From sequence record OM634661.1: a stretch of DNA of 64,000 nt; one strand, 5' to 3'. The notes beneath the pieces were generated by a model, which had not been told where the DNA came from, searched no databases, and saw only the letters and a program-made list of their open reading frames with translations. Below, piece by piece: positions 17,868 through 27,825 of the stretch (positions are counted from its first letter, which is position 1; the number at the start of each line of letters is the position of its first letter). A program made the translations under genes and the position numbers.

Positions 17868-18236
17868 ATGTTAGAGCAATTTGATTTTGAATCTACAAAA
17901 AGACTTTCTAAAGAAGAAATGAAGACACTAGCTAATGAAGTGTTTGAAAAAGAATTTAGTCATCTTGTAAATGAAAACGGCGAAATCAATATGGAAGATT
18001 TAAAACTAGATCTATTCTGGCTACATATCGTTGAAAAAAGACATGCCAATTTACTTTATGGCGTAACAAGAGGTCGTCTAAGCAAACCAGGAACTTATAC
18101 GTCTTGGGCTTTAGAAGATATTGAGCATTATGCTAAAGAGGATGTTAAACATACGATAGAGGATCTAGAAAGTAATATAGAAGAAGAAGCATTAACATAT
18201 GAAATCATTAAAGAATTCTTTGGGATAAAAGAATAA
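17868..18236 (+). CDS. Hypothetical protein
   Basis: RBS AAAAGGAG; 122 aa, acidic. Confidence 0.65.
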   Translation: MLEQFDFESTKRLSKEEMKTLANEVFEKEFSHLVNENGEINMEDLKLDLFWLHIVEKRHANLLYGVTRGRLSKPGTYTSWALEDIEHYAKEDVKHTIEDLESNIEEEALTYEIIKEFFGIKE

Positions 18237-18250
18237 TAGGAGGAACTATC

Positions 18251-18637
18251 ATGGCGAGAATTAAAGTAGCAGTATCACCATTTTTTCAAGGGGAATTCAA
18301 AGATGAGTTCACAGGGATTACGTTTAAATCAAATTCTAATGGATTAAACATTTATTCTATTCCATCTGACGCAGATCTATCTGGTATTCAAAAAGGTGTT
18401 CGTAAGAAAATCTTAAACGTGATTGAAGGAAGATTAGAGCTAGATGCGTATACAAATGTTATTGAAGTAGAAGATGTAAAAGAAAAGAAAACCCCTAAAG
18501 AAAAAAAGGAAGAAGTTAAAGAGGTAGAAGTGAAAGAAGAAGATACTTCAAAAGAGCAAGAGGAGAAGAAAGATGCTGAAACGACTAAAAAGAAAACTAA
18601 AAAATCTCCTGCTAAAAAGAAAAAAGAAGATCAATAA
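18251..18637 (+). CDS. Hypothetical protein with an E/K-rich disordered tail
   Basis: RBS AGGAGG; C-terminus KKKTKKSPAKKKKEDQ. Confidence 0.65.
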   Translation: MARIKVAVSPFFQGEFKDEFTGITFKSNSNGLNIYSIPSDADLSGIQKGVRKKILNVIEGRLELDAYTNVIEVEDVKEKKTPKEKKEEVKEVEVKEEDTSKEQEEKKDAETTKKKTKKSPAKKKKEDQ

Positions 18638-18643
18638 CAAAGA

Positions 18644-18668
18644 GGTGGGAATTGGTCCCGCCTTCTTT
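18644..18668 (+). terminator. Intrinsic terminator
   Basis: GGTGGGA-ATTGG-TCCCGCC followed by TTCTTT. Confidence 0.6.
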
Positions 18669-18693
18669 AAAGCTCAAATAAGGGGTGATTTAA

Positions 18694-20172
18694 TTGGCAA
18701 TTAATAATTTCATTATAACTTCTGTGAATCCATCTAATGGAGAAACCAATGTAGCGCTAGATAAGATCATTGTTCTAAACTTTATATCCTCAATGAGTGC
18801 AGGTTCATTAAATGGAAATAATATTCGCTTAATTGATGTTGATGCAAATCAACAAGTAGATATTACGATTACATATGATTACACAGAAGCTTTAGCTAGG
18901 ATTGAGCCAGTATCTAGTCTATTAGGATCTCACTCTTATTCTTTAGAAATAACAGGTGGCTCAGAAGGTGTCAGAACCCTCTCAGGAGACTATCTAGGAA
19001 GCTCTAAGACTTATTCCTTTGTAACAGTAGAAACACCTCAAGAAGAGCCTATAGAAGAGCCAGAGGAGCCTATTGATACAGAAGAACCTACAGATCCCGT
19101 AGACGATACGGAAGAGCCTGTTGATGATGGTGAAGATCCCACTGATGATCCTGATACAGGAGAAACAGAAGAACCCCCTACAAATACAGATGATGACGTA
19201 ATAGATCCTGGCGGTGAAGATCCTGATGAATTTAACTTAGAGATCTTAGAGACATTTCCTAGAAAAGATGAAGTGAATGTAACACCAGAAACCATTATTA
19301 TTATCTTCTCAGAAGATGTTGATCCAGCAACAATAAGTGAGAATTCAATATATCTTATTAAAAGGCCATTAAGAAGAGAATTAACTAAAGTAGACTACAT
19401 GGTTCATTATGCACCATCTAAAAAAGCACCTATCCAAATAGACCCTATTGTAGATGAACCAACGAATATCATTACACTAACCGTTCCAGAAGAAACAATT
19501 TTAAATGATGAAGAGTATACAGTTATTATTAGCCCTAAAATCAAAAGCATTACTGGTAAGCCAATGGCAGAGCCTTATGTATTTGCTTTTATGTCTAAGT
19601 TTGATCATTTGTATGGTGATGAGGAAAGTATTCGGGATGATCTAAGACCTTATGCAAAGAACATACCAGATAGAATGCTTTATAGATATATGAGAGATAT
19701 TAGTAGAGAAGCATATGACATTGTTTCAACAACATCTACTTTTAATGCTGCTGACTATGCAGATGGCAAAGCACCATTCTTTGTTCACCAGTATGTAAGA
19801 TATAAAACATCTTATCAATTATTCCTGAATGCATACATGAATCAAATTGCACCAGGTGGAGATGACGGAGATGATGGCGGTCTTACGATCACTGCTGGTA
19901 CTATCAAACTTGGAGACCTTACTGTTCAAGGAGGAAGTGAATCTACTAGCTCAGGATCAAGCAATAAGAGCGGTGTAGAGCTTTCTATTGATATGAATGA
20001 TGTATTAGAAGAAATGAAGAAACGAATCAAGCATTGGGAAGATCTTCTTCATGGCTATCATAATAGAGGATATGCGAAGCCTAAACAAGGACAAATGAGC
20101 AGTAATAGTACACCGTCTACAGGTTATCCAGAGTTCTTGACTAGAGCAGAATACAGAGAGCTAGGAGGATAA
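18694..20172 (+). CDS. Neck or head-tail connector-like protein with two Ig-like (Big_5-type) domains
   Basis: ITSVNPSNGETNVALDKIIVLNF and ILETFPRKDEVNVTPETIIIIFSEDVD repeats separated by a P/D/E linker; helical C-terminal part; located in the neck module. Confidence 0.6.
   Translation: MAINNFIITSVNPSNGETNVALDKIIVLNFISSMSAGSLNGNNIRLIDVDANQQVDITITYDYTEALARIEPVSSLLGSHSYSLEITGGSEGVRTLSGDYLGSSKTYSFVTVETPQEEPIEEPEEPIDTEEPTDPVDDTEEPVDDGEDPTDDPDTGETEEPPTNTDDDVIDPGGEDPDEFNLEILETFPRKDEVNVTPETIIIIFSEDVDPATISENSIYLIKRPLRRELTKVDYMVHYAPSKKAPIQIDPIVDEPTNIITLTVPEETILNDEEYTVIISPKIKSITGKPMAEPYVFAFMSKFDHLYGDEESIRDDLRPYAKNIPDRMLYRYMRDISREAYDIVSTTSTFNAADYADGKAPFFVHQYVRYKTSYQLFLNAYMNQIAPGGDDGDDGGLTITAGTIKLGDLTVQGGSESTSSGSSNKSGVELSIDMNDVLEEMKKRIKHWEDLLHGYHNRGYAKPKQGQMSSNSTPSTGYPEFLTRAEYRELGG
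19031..19230 (+). repeat. Low-complexity coding repeat (EEP/TDP/DDP units)
   Basis: Encodes EEPIEEPEEPIDTEEPTDPVDDTEEPVDDGEDPTDDPDTGETEEPPTNTDDDVIDP. Confidence 0.7.
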
Positions 20173-20175
20173 TAA

Positions 20176-20706
20176 ATGGCAGAGATTAATTTAAGAAAAG
20201 AATTTGAAGCAATATTAGCTAAGTATGGATACAATGCTCTTCTTGTAAGAGAAGATAGCCAAGTAAGATGTTCTTGTTGGAATGAAAAGACGCAAGAAGC
20301 AAGTAGGGACTGTCCAGTATGTTTTGGGTTAGGAAGAGTACCTGTTGTAGAAAAACATACTTGTAGGTATCAAGACACATCTGTTCCAGAGACATTAGCA
20401 ATGTTAGGTCAAGAAGGTTCATTTGGTGGAATTGCTGTTCCTGGTCGATTCTTCTTCTTTAATTGGAATGCCAAAATACCAAAAGGCTCTTTAATTGTTG
20501 AAGTAGAGTGGAATGAAAAAGGGAGACCAGTCTATGAAGATGGCGGGATATTTGAAGTAAGTCATGTTGATAAGAAAAGGTTCCAAAAAGGACAAATCAT
20601 ATTTCAAAAAGTATATGTAAAAGATACACCTGTTGTAAAAGACATAAGAGGAATTAGAATCGCTAGTGTAGACAACATTATTAACTATGAGCTTATTGAG
20701 GGGTAG
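20176..20706 (+). CDS. Head-closure or adaptor protein with Cys motif
   Basis: RCSC...DCPVC motif; beta-rich; located in the neck module. Confidence 0.55.
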   Translation: MAEINLRKEFEAILAKYGYNALLVREDSQVRCSCWNEKTQEASRDCPVCFGLGRVPVVEKHTCRYQDTSVPETLAMLGQEGSFGGIAVPGRFFFFNWNAKIPKGSLIVEVEWNEKGRPVYEDGGIFEVSHVDKKRFQKGQIIFQKVYVKDTPVVKDIRGIRIASVDNIINYELIEG

Positions 20707-20714
20707 GTGAGAAT

Positions 20715-22580
20715 ATGCCAGCAACAAAACAGCATTTTGAATTAGTCAATCAAGTATACAATCAGCCAGATAATACTTTGATGTTAGTTGGCTCAGCGCT
20801 TGATGGTCCTAGTCAGATTCCATTTAAGATCAGAGAAGATATTAACCCTTATGATGTGTTAGGTGATTGTAAGATGGCAGATGCTTATTACTCTGCCCTA
20901 GCATCTGGATTAGAAAATATTATTCTTTATAGGATTAATGGATCACATGCAGAAGCATTAATCAAACCGACCTATAGAGAAGATCCAGTTATTCAAATAG
21001 AATCTGTCTCAGCGGCAGATGAATTTAATAAGGTCATTATCAGGGTGTTCATAGATCATATTTATATTATAGCTAGTGATGAAACAGGAAGAGTATATTC
21101 ATTTGATGATTATCCGACAGCTGCTGATATCACATATGCAATTAATAGAGATTCAGAATATGGATTAGTTGAAGTAAATGCAAAAGCTCTAGATCCAAAT
21201 TTTAAAATGTTAGGTATTGTAGATGAGACAACTGATATTTCTTTAACTGGTGGAAATGATGAAGCTGAGTTAATTCCATTAAGAGAAGAGAATCCTGACA
21301 TTTCTTTTACGATATCAAATATCAAAGAAAGATTGCTTGAATGTCTATTTGGACTAGATGAAGATGATCAAGCCGAAAGAAACCCAAACAGTGTGATTGG
21401 TTCAATGAATTATGGGGTGATATGTCTTGTAGATATATTCCATGATGACGATAAAGAAATTACGGAGATACTAGGATCTTTTTGCTTGAATAAAACAAGA
21501 CAATTAGGAACTGGAACTCTAGGTGTCATTGGAACATCTCCAATACTTGAACCGACAGAAGAAGATATCAAGTTAAAATATGATGCTTTAATGTTAGATA
21601 AAGGTATAGAGCATAGAGAATATTTCATCATACCTAGTGAAGAAGAGGCTCCTCCTACCCTGAATGTCACACTTGAACAAAATGATACAGGTGAGTGGGA
21701 AGCACATCTAAGCACAACAAACTTTATTATTAGTGACGAAGGTTTATATTCTGGAGAAGAAATAGATTATGATGAAGGATATGCTGATATTTATATTGAT
21801 GGCAAGAAAGTTGAACCTGCCTACAACAATATTTACAGTGTAGGTGATTTAAGACCAGGCGTTCATAAGGTGAAAGTTTCCTTAAAATCATATGATCACA
21901 GGTTCTTCCTATATCAAGGTCAAGTGATAGAAAAGACTGTAGAAATTACAATAGCTGGGGATGAACTTGTAAAAGCAAGAGAGATAGATCCTGATGCTTT
22001 GTATTATGTTCAAGTTGTCGTAGGAGATGGAAGATTAATAAATGTTGACCGAGTGATTTCTAATGCTTATAGTTATGCAGCAACACAAGCTTTAATCCCT
22101 TATCATGCAAGTATGACCAATAAATCTTTGTCTGGAATATCAAAAATACATTGGGAATTTAGAAAAGAAGATATTGCAACTTTATCAGGTAATGGTTATA
22201 CATGTATTGTACCATCTATTCGAAAAGGAATTGTGGCCTTTTCTTCTATATCATATGGGAAAAAAGACGCATCAGTTTTATCAAAACCTCAGTATTTAAG
22301 ATTGGCACAGAATGTGGTTTCTGCTTTACATGAAGATCTCGAAGAATATATCGGATCTACATATGAAGCGCTTCTGCAAAATGATGTGCAAGACAAAGCA
22401 GAAGAAATGTTGGAAGAGTTGATAGAAGACAAATCTATTAAAACATATACTTTTGAAATGTCTTTTTCAGAAGATAGACGATCTGCTGTAATACATATTG
22501 GCTTAGTTCCCTTCTCTGAAATTGAGGCAGTTCATTCTGTCACCTCTGTATCATTTCAAGAAGGAGTGATTGTAGAATGA
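20715..22580 (+). CDS. Tail-sheath-like paralogue with an inserted Ig-like domain
   Basis: LVGSALDGP start and YLRLAQNVVSAL...EYIG...IHIGLVPFSEIE end mirror the true sheath; insert at about 21640-21960. Confidence 0.65.
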   Translation: MPATKQHFELVNQVYNQPDNTLMLVGSALDGPSQIPFKIREDINPYDVLGDCKMADAYYSALASGLENIILYRINGSHAEALIKPTYREDPVIQIESVSAADEFNKVIIRVFIDHIYIIASDETGRVYSFDDYPTAADITYAINRDSEYGLVEVNAKALDPNFKMLGIVDETTDISLTGGNDEAELIPLREENPDISFTISNIKERLLECLFGLDEDDQAERNPNSVIGSMNYGVICLVDIFHDDDKEITEILGSFCLNKTRQLGTGTLGVIGTSPILEPTEEDIKLKYDALMLDKGIEHREYFIIPSEEEAPPTLNVTLEQNDTGEWEAHLSTTNFIISDEGLYSGEEIDYDEGYADIYIDGKKVEPAYNNIYSVGDLRPGVHKVKVSLKSYDHRFFLYQGQVIEKTVEITIAGDELVKAREIDPDALYYVQVVVGDGRLINVDRVISNAYSYAATQALIPYHASMTNKSLSGISKIHWEFRKEDIATLSGNGYTCIVPSIRKGIVAFSSISYGKKDASVLSKPQYLRLAQNVVSALHEDLEEYIGSTYEALLQNDVQDKAEEMLEELIEDKSIKTYTFEMSFSEDRRSAVIHIGLVPFSEIEAVHSVTSVSFQEGVIVE

Positions 22581-23209
22581 CAAAACCACCTAGATTACAA
22601 TCGGATTCATCTTGTGATTTTGACAAAATGACAACTATGATGTTTGAGCTTCTAAAAGAAGCTTGGGGTCCAGATTGGGGTGTATTCTGTGAAGCTTTCC
22701 CAAACGGAAGAGACAAAGAAGATATTGACTTCCCTATTATCACTTATGAATCAGAAAAATCTTTTCCAGGCCCAATAGGTCCATCAGGTAGAAAAGAGAT
22801 TAAACCTAGAAATAGAGAAACGATAATAGATGAAGAAGACAATGTAAAAGGATATGTCAGAGGACAGGTAATGGAACATGTGATTTTCTTTGATGTCTGG
22901 GAAGAGAACAATGCAAAGCTGTATAAGATTGCAAGTAAATTTAAGAATTTTCTCAATACATATACTGGGTTTTTGAAGAAAAACGGTGTTAAAGAAATGA
23001 TATTTTTAGAAGAAATTAAGCATCCTGGTGGTCTGTCTATTAGGGACAATGCGGTTGGTCGTAGATTCATATACCAAGTGATACTAGAGGATTTAGAATT
23101 CACGCCAAGCGAAGTATTTGAGAGAGTTACTGCTACGGTTGCCGCAAGGTTAAACCTAACAGATGACTATAAACCACAAGATGGAGATATTAACATTGTC
23201 ATTAAGTAA
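22577..23209 (+). CDS. Tail completion or terminator protein
   Basis: Directly upstream of the sheath gene; FPIITY and IFFDVW...FIYQVILE pattern. Confidence 0.55.
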   Translation: MTKPPRLQSDSSCDFDKMTTMMFELLKEAWGPDWGVFCEAFPNGRDKEDIDFPIITYESEKSFPGPIGPSGRKEIKPRNRETIIDEEDNVKGYVRGQVMEHVIFFDVWEENNAKLYKIASKFKNFLNTYTGFLKKNGVKEMIFLEEIKHPGGLSIRDNAVGRRFIYQVILEDLEFTPSEVFERVTATVAARLNLTDDYKPQDGDINIVIK

Positions 23210-23250
23210 CATATATCTTTTTCTTGAAAAACAAAAGGAGGAAAAAAATA

Positions 23251-24759
23251 ATGGCTAAGTATGATAACTTACCAGGCATTGAGGTCGAAATCGCTGACGG
23301 AGGTTTAATCCTTCCAGAAGATGCGACAACAGAAAGTCTATTGATCATCGCACCATGTGAAAATGAAGATACACCAGAACAACCTATGGCTGTTCGACAA
23401 TCAAGTGACCTTACTACAATGGGTTTCGGAGGCTTTGTTGTAAACGGCAAAGTCAACCAAATTGCTGTAGCATGGAAAGCCGCTTTTGACGGTGGTGCTC
23501 GTAACATCTCGTTACTAGCTCTTAAAGGTTCTACTGATGAAGAAAGATTTACATACTTGCAAGATGTCCTTTTCGGGATCTTAGAAGATTACTCTGTACA
23601 AAACATTGTTGCTGTTGGTGTATATGCTGATAAAGAAGCTGTTCTTACAGACACATCTTCACTAAGAGAAGAAGGAGTTAAAACTGAACAAACATTAGTC
23701 GCAGCATCAACTGTTAGTTATCCACTTGTTGTAGAAGCAGGTTCTGATACGATCACTGTTAGTGGTAAAACAATCACAGTGACTGCTAAAACATATTCAA
23801 AACCAGAATATCTTCTTGATGAAATTCGTAGAGAATTGAAAGCACAAAATCTAGTTGATATGGAAGTTTACTCTTCTAACTCAAGATTGCGATTTGTACA
23901 AGTAGGAAAGACTCCATTTGAAGTGGCTGCTGGAACTTTAGATCTAGGTATCGAAGGAACATCAACAGGATCTTCTGTAGGAAGCTTTGCTCAAATTCTA
24001 GCAACTTATGCTGAAATGCAAACAGTTCAACTTGGAAGCACTGTTGCTTATATCGGTACAACTGCACCTGTATCTAATACATTAAAAGATGTTAAAGACC
24101 ATGTTGATTATCTATCAAGCATTCACAATGAATATTCTGGTCACTTACAAGTATTTGCTGGTCCTGAATTTGGATACCAAGTACAAGGAAGAACAGATCT
24201 ATTCCTTATGAATGGTGTTGTTGCTTACGCAGCTCTTGTCACTACTTTGAAAGCTGAATCTGCAACAACTAACAAAACATTAACTGGTATGACAACTGTG
24301 AACTACAACCTTTCTCTTCGTCAATTAAATACTTTGACTGGAAACAAGTTTGTCACAGCTCGTCTTAAAAATGGTAGAGCTATCGTTACTGACGGTATCA
24401 CTACTGCACCTGATCGAATCATTGGAAACAAAGTATTTGCTTCTGATTACACTCGTTTGTCTACTCTTCGCATCACGCAAGCAGCAGTACAAACAGTTCG
24501 TGATATTTCAGAGCCATTCATTGGAGAGCCAAATGAGATGCCTCAGTATAACTCTCTTACTGCATCCATCAAAGGTGGATTAGATGCAATGAAAGAAGCA
24601 AAGGCAATCAACGATTACAACTTCACAGTTGTTACTCGTGGCGGTACTCTAACTGAAGCTATCGTTACATTAGAACTTGTCCCTGCATTTGAGCTTCGTA
24701 AGATTGCAGTGAATGTAAGTTTAAGCCCTGACTTCCAAAGAGATTCTGAAGACATCTAA
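23251..24759 (+). CDS. Major tail sheath protein
   Basis: ATG 23251 after AAAAGGAGG. MAKYDNLPGIEVEI start; C-terminal RLSTLRITQAAVQTVRDISEPFIGEPN...LELVPAFELRKIAVNVSL. Confidence 0.88.
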   Translation: MAKYDNLPGIEVEIADGGLILPEDATTESLLIIAPCENEDTPEQPMAVRQSSDLTTMGFGGFVVNGKVNQIAVAWKAAFDGGARNISLLALKGSTDEERFTYLQDVLFGILEDYSVQNIVAVGVYADKEAVLTDTSSLREEGVKTEQTLVAASTVSYPLVVEAGSDTITVSGKTITVTAKTYSKPEYLLDEIRRELKAQNLVDMEVYSSNSRLRFVQVGKTPFEVAAGTLDLGIEGTSTGSSVGSFAQILATYAEMQTVQLGSTVAYIGTTAPVSNTLKDVKDHVDYLSSIHNEYSGHLQVFAGPEFGYQVQGRTDLFLMNGVVAYAALVTTLKAESATTNKTLTGMTTVNYNLSLRQLNTLTGNKFVTARLKNGRAIVTDGITTAPDRIIGNKVFASDYTRLSTLRITQAAVQTVRDISEPFIGEPNEMPQYNSLTASIKGGLDAMKEAKAINDYNFTVVTRGGTLTEAIVTLELVPAFELRKIAVNVSLSPDFQRDSEDI

Positions 24760-24820
24760 TGTGCCAACCTGGGGGCTTCGTACCCAGGAAGTTTTATCAT
24801 AAAAAAGGAGGAAAATATTA

Positions 24821-25396
24821 ATGGCTACTCAATCTAAGTATACAAAAACTTATACTTCTTTTGGTGGAGCAGATATCATTGCTACATTCAACGGAAAAGT
24901 AATGGGAGAACTAAGTGCAATTACATACTCTGTAACTCGTGAAAAAGCTCCTGTTTACGTTATGGGTGATCCTAACCCTAAATCTTTCTCTCGTGGCAAA
25001 CGTGGAATTGCTGGAAGCTTAACATTCCAAGTATTTGACCGAGATGCACTTCATGTATTGAAAACAAAAGACAATCCAGTTTACCGTCAAGCACTGAACA
25101 CAAGTTTAGATGATGTTCGTGGTGTTCATGAGTATGGAAACATCTCACAAGACAAGGTAGCTCAAAGATGGAGTAAAGCTGAAATTCCTAAATACTCTGA
25201 TGAGATCCCTCCATTCGATATTACAATTAACTTCTTAAACGAATATGGTCAGTCTTCTCAGATGACGATTTATGGCGTTGAGATACTAAACGAAGGTATG
25301 GGTATGTCAGTTGATGACATTACAACTGAAAAAGCTTGTACATTCGTTGCTCGTAGCATCGAAGAAATGAAATCTGACGTATTTGAAAATCGCTAA
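24821..25396 (+). CDS. Major tail tube protein
   Basis: Follows the sheath; TYTSFGGADI...ITYSVTREKAP...RGKRGIAGSLTF...PPFDITINFLNEYG. Confidence 0.8.
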   Translation: MATQSKYTKTYTSFGGADIIATFNGKVMGELSAITYSVTREKAPVYVMGDPNPKSFSRGKRGIAGSLTFQVFDRDALHVLKTKDNPVYRQALNTSLDDVRGVHEYGNISQDKVAQRWSKAEIPKYSDEIPPFDITINFLNEYGQSSQMTIYGVEILNEGMGMSVDDITTEKACTFVARSIEEMKSDVFENR

Positions 25397-25402
25397 AAAC
25401 AT

Positions 25403-25429
25403 AGGGGTCCTGTAAAGGGCCTCTTTTTT
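25403..25429 (+). terminator. Intrinsic terminator
   Basis: AGGGGTCCT-GTAA-AGGGCCTCT followed by TTTTT. Confidence 0.75.
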
Positions 25430-25447
25430 AATAAAGGAGGAGAAAGA

Positions 25448-25993
25448 ATGGCTTCAGACAGATTTAAAACAGAAACGTACACCTCGTTCTCAGGTGCAGA
25501 TATTGTGGCAACAATTACACCTATTGGAGGAAGACCAGTTGTATTCGGTACAATACAGACGATCTCTTATAGTATATATAGACCAATGACACCTGTTAGG
25601 GCATTAGGTAGGATCAATCCTAAAGGCGTAACAAGAGGCCCTAGAACGATTGCAGGGAGCATCATATTTACTGTATTTGATCGACATGTTCTTCAATCAG
25701 TTATGGACTCTTACAGTTCATCTACAAATAAAAAGACATATAACTTTAGTGCAAGTGAATTGTTAGAAATGAAAAGAAATATGAGGACAGATGAGATGCC
25801 GCCTTTTGATGTAAACATTACCTTTATGAATGAATATGGAAATGCTTCATCTTTGAATCTCTATGGATTACATATTGTATCAGAAGGACAAACAATGTCT
25901 ATTGAAGATATGATCACAGAAAATACAATGCAGTATATCGCAATGGATATTGACTTGATGAAGCAAACAGGTTCTCATAAGAGTAGGAGGTAA
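25448..25993 (+). CDS. Tail tube paralogue 2
   Basis: Aligns by eye with 24821-25396 (TYTSFSGADI; RGPRTIAGSIIFTVFDR; PPFDVNITFMNEYG). Confidence 0.78.
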   Translation: MASDRFKTETYTSFSGADIVATITPIGGRPVVFGTIQTISYSIYRPMTPVRALGRINPKGVTRGPRTIAGSIIFTVFDRHVLQSVMDSYSSSTNKKTYNFSASELLEMKRNMRTDEMPPFDVNITFMNEYGNASSLNLYGLHIVSEGQTMSIEDMITENTMQYIAMDIDLMKQTGSHKSRR

Positions 25994-25998
25994 ATAGA

Positions 25999-26721
25999 AT
26001 GGCAAGAACAGTAGGTTACAATTACGGTCCAAATAAAAGCGTAGAGTATCAAAGATTTAATAGTGATTATTTTGAAGGTACTGATATTAGAATTTACTTT
26101 GGAGACATTTGGATTGATGAAGTAACAAGCTTGCAATATATGATGCAAGAAAACGTTGCACCGATCTTTGGATATGCCTCTTATACATGGGATAAAGTAG
26201 CTCGTGGAAGTAGACAGGTTCAAGGAAGCTTTCGAATCAATTTTAAAGAAAGTTACTATTTACATTCTGTTATGGAGAGGTTAAGTTCTAAAATAGATAA
26301 AGGTGCTTCAAGCAAAAGCTCTATCTTCAACAAATCTAATTTCAAAAAAGGACTTAATATTGAACACTTAATGGGTAATAGTAAATCATCTTCTTTTGAG
26401 AGTGTAGCAGATGAATTCGAGAAGTCATTTTGGGGAGAATCTTCTCAGTTTAAATCTAAAACAAATAATAGAGGAAAGAATAGTTACTTCTCTCCTGACA
26501 ATACTCAAAAGAATTTAGCAGAACATGGTTTCAATATACTTATCACATATGGTCCTTATAATGAAAGTGGAGGAAAAAGTACTGATGTTACTGCGGACAC
26601 AATTATTGGCGTTCAGCTAACAAGTGTAGGGAAAGTAATATCAGAAGAAAATGGAGCAGTGCAAGAAGAATACCAGTTTATCGCAAAAGATATTAGCGGT
26701 AACGTAAATAAATTAGCATAA
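25999..26721 (+). CDS. Tail tube paralogue 3 (divergent, probable tube initiator)
   Basis: YFEGTDIRIYFGD...LQYMMQENVAPIFGY...RGSRQVQGSFRINF resembles the tube motif. Confidence 0.6.
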   Translation: MARTVGYNYGPNKSVEYQRFNSDYFEGTDIRIYFGDIWIDEVTSLQYMMQENVAPIFGYASYTWDKVARGSRQVQGSFRINFKESYYLHSVMERLSSKIDKGASSKSSIFNKSNFKKGLNIEHLMGNSKSSSFESVADEFEKSFWGESSQFKSKTNNRGKNSYFSPDNTQKNLAEHGFNILITYGPYNESGGKSTDVTADTIIGVQLTSVGKVISEENGAVQEEYQFIAKDISGNVNKLA

Positions 26722-26742
26722 ACAAATAGGAGGAGTAAGAAA

Positions 26743-27222
26743 ATGGCGACAAAAAAAACTAAACAAACAGAAGAAGTATTGGAAGTACAAGAGGTAGATC
26801 AAGAAGTAGAAGTAAACGAAGATGTTTACCAAGAGGAAGAAGGATTGAATCCTGAGACAGATCCAGAAATGTTTGATGCAAATGGTAAGGAACTTTTATT
26901 TCCAAATGGACCAACTGTAGAACAAGTAGAAGAATGGAAGTCCCTTTATGAAGGAGAAGTATTCTTAACTGACTTTGATGGTACAAATATTTTCTTGTGG
27001 AGACCAATTACTCGTGCTGAACTAAGAAGTATTCGAAGCATCCAAGGTAAAGTTGATGAGTTCATGCGTGAAGAAAAGATCGTAGAAAAAGTTCTTTTAT
27101 ATCCAGAAGGATTATCAGCTCTAGCATTTAGAGAAATGAAAGGCGGCATTCCAAGTTATCTTTCTCAGTTAGTAATGGAGAAATCAGGTTATGTTGCTAA
27201 TACGGATGCACTAAAACTTTAA
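26743..27222 (+). CDS. Tail assembly chaperone 1
   Basis: Between tube and tape-measure genes; EWKSLYEGEVFLTDFDG...FLWRPITRAE. Confidence 0.65.
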   Translation: MATKKTKQTEEVLEVQEVDQEVEVNEDVYQEEEGLNPETDPEMFDANGKELLFPNGPTVEQVEEWKSLYEGEVFLTDFDGTNIFLWRPITRAELRSIRSIQGKVDEFMREEKIVEKVLLYPEGLSALAFREMKGGIPSYLSQLVMEKSGYVANTDALKL

Positions 27223-27242
27223 TATAAAATAGAAGATAACAG

Positions 27243-27273
27243 GGAGGGAGGCCAAATAGCTCCCTCCTTTTTT
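27243..27273 (+). terminator. Intrinsic terminator
   Basis: GGAGGGAG/CTCCCTCC stem followed by a T run. Confidence 0.8.
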
Positions 27274-27297
27274 CATTGGAAAGGAGAGTAAAGAGAA

Positions 27298-27804
27298 GTG
27301 GATACTAGAGAAAAAATCGCTGAATGGGAAATTCAGTATGATAAAGTATTTTACACAGACTTCGATGGTCAAGTTTTTATATGGAGAAGACTTACAAGGG
27401 CAGAGTATAAGATGCTTGCTAAAGTTTATTCTGATGAGATGGAGCGAAATGAACAGCTGTGTATACTATGTGTATTAGATCCTGTACTAACATTGGATGA
27501 CATGGATGGAATCTCTGGTGGTATTCCAGATAGATTGGCAGAAGAGATTTTAAAAGGATCTCACTTTGCTGCAACAGATGAAGAAATTAAGTTTTTAGAC
27601 TATACATATAATCAAGAAATGGAAGTCTTTGATAACCAAGTAAACTTAACAATCAAAGAAGCATTCCAAGATATGACTTTAAAAGAAATAGAAGACTTAA
27701 CAATAGAAAAAAGTATTGAATATTATGCAAAGGCAAAATGGATACTTTCTACTTTCAGAAATATCTCTTTTGAATCGGTTAGTGAACAAGACCCAATGAT
27801 ATGA
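27298..27804 (+). CDS. Tail assembly chaperone 2 (paralogue of chaperone 1)
   Basis: EWEIQYDKVFYTDFDG.VFIWRRLTRAE matches chaperone 1. Confidence 0.62.
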   Translation: MDTREKIAEWEIQYDKVFYTDFDGQVFIWRRLTRAEYKMLAKVYSDEMERNEQLCILCVLDPVLTLDDMDGISGGIPDRLAEEILKGSHFAATDEEIKFLDYTYNQEMEVFDNQVNLTIKEAFQDMTLKEIEDLTIEKSIEYYAKAKWILSTFRNISFESVSEQDPMI

Positions 27805-27825
27805 TGGAACAAGGAGTGAAGATGG

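Noticed and set aside
27190-27300. Lambda-type G/GT slippery site
   Set aside because: No XXXYYYZ heptamer before the stop; the genes are 75 nt apart with a terminator between them.
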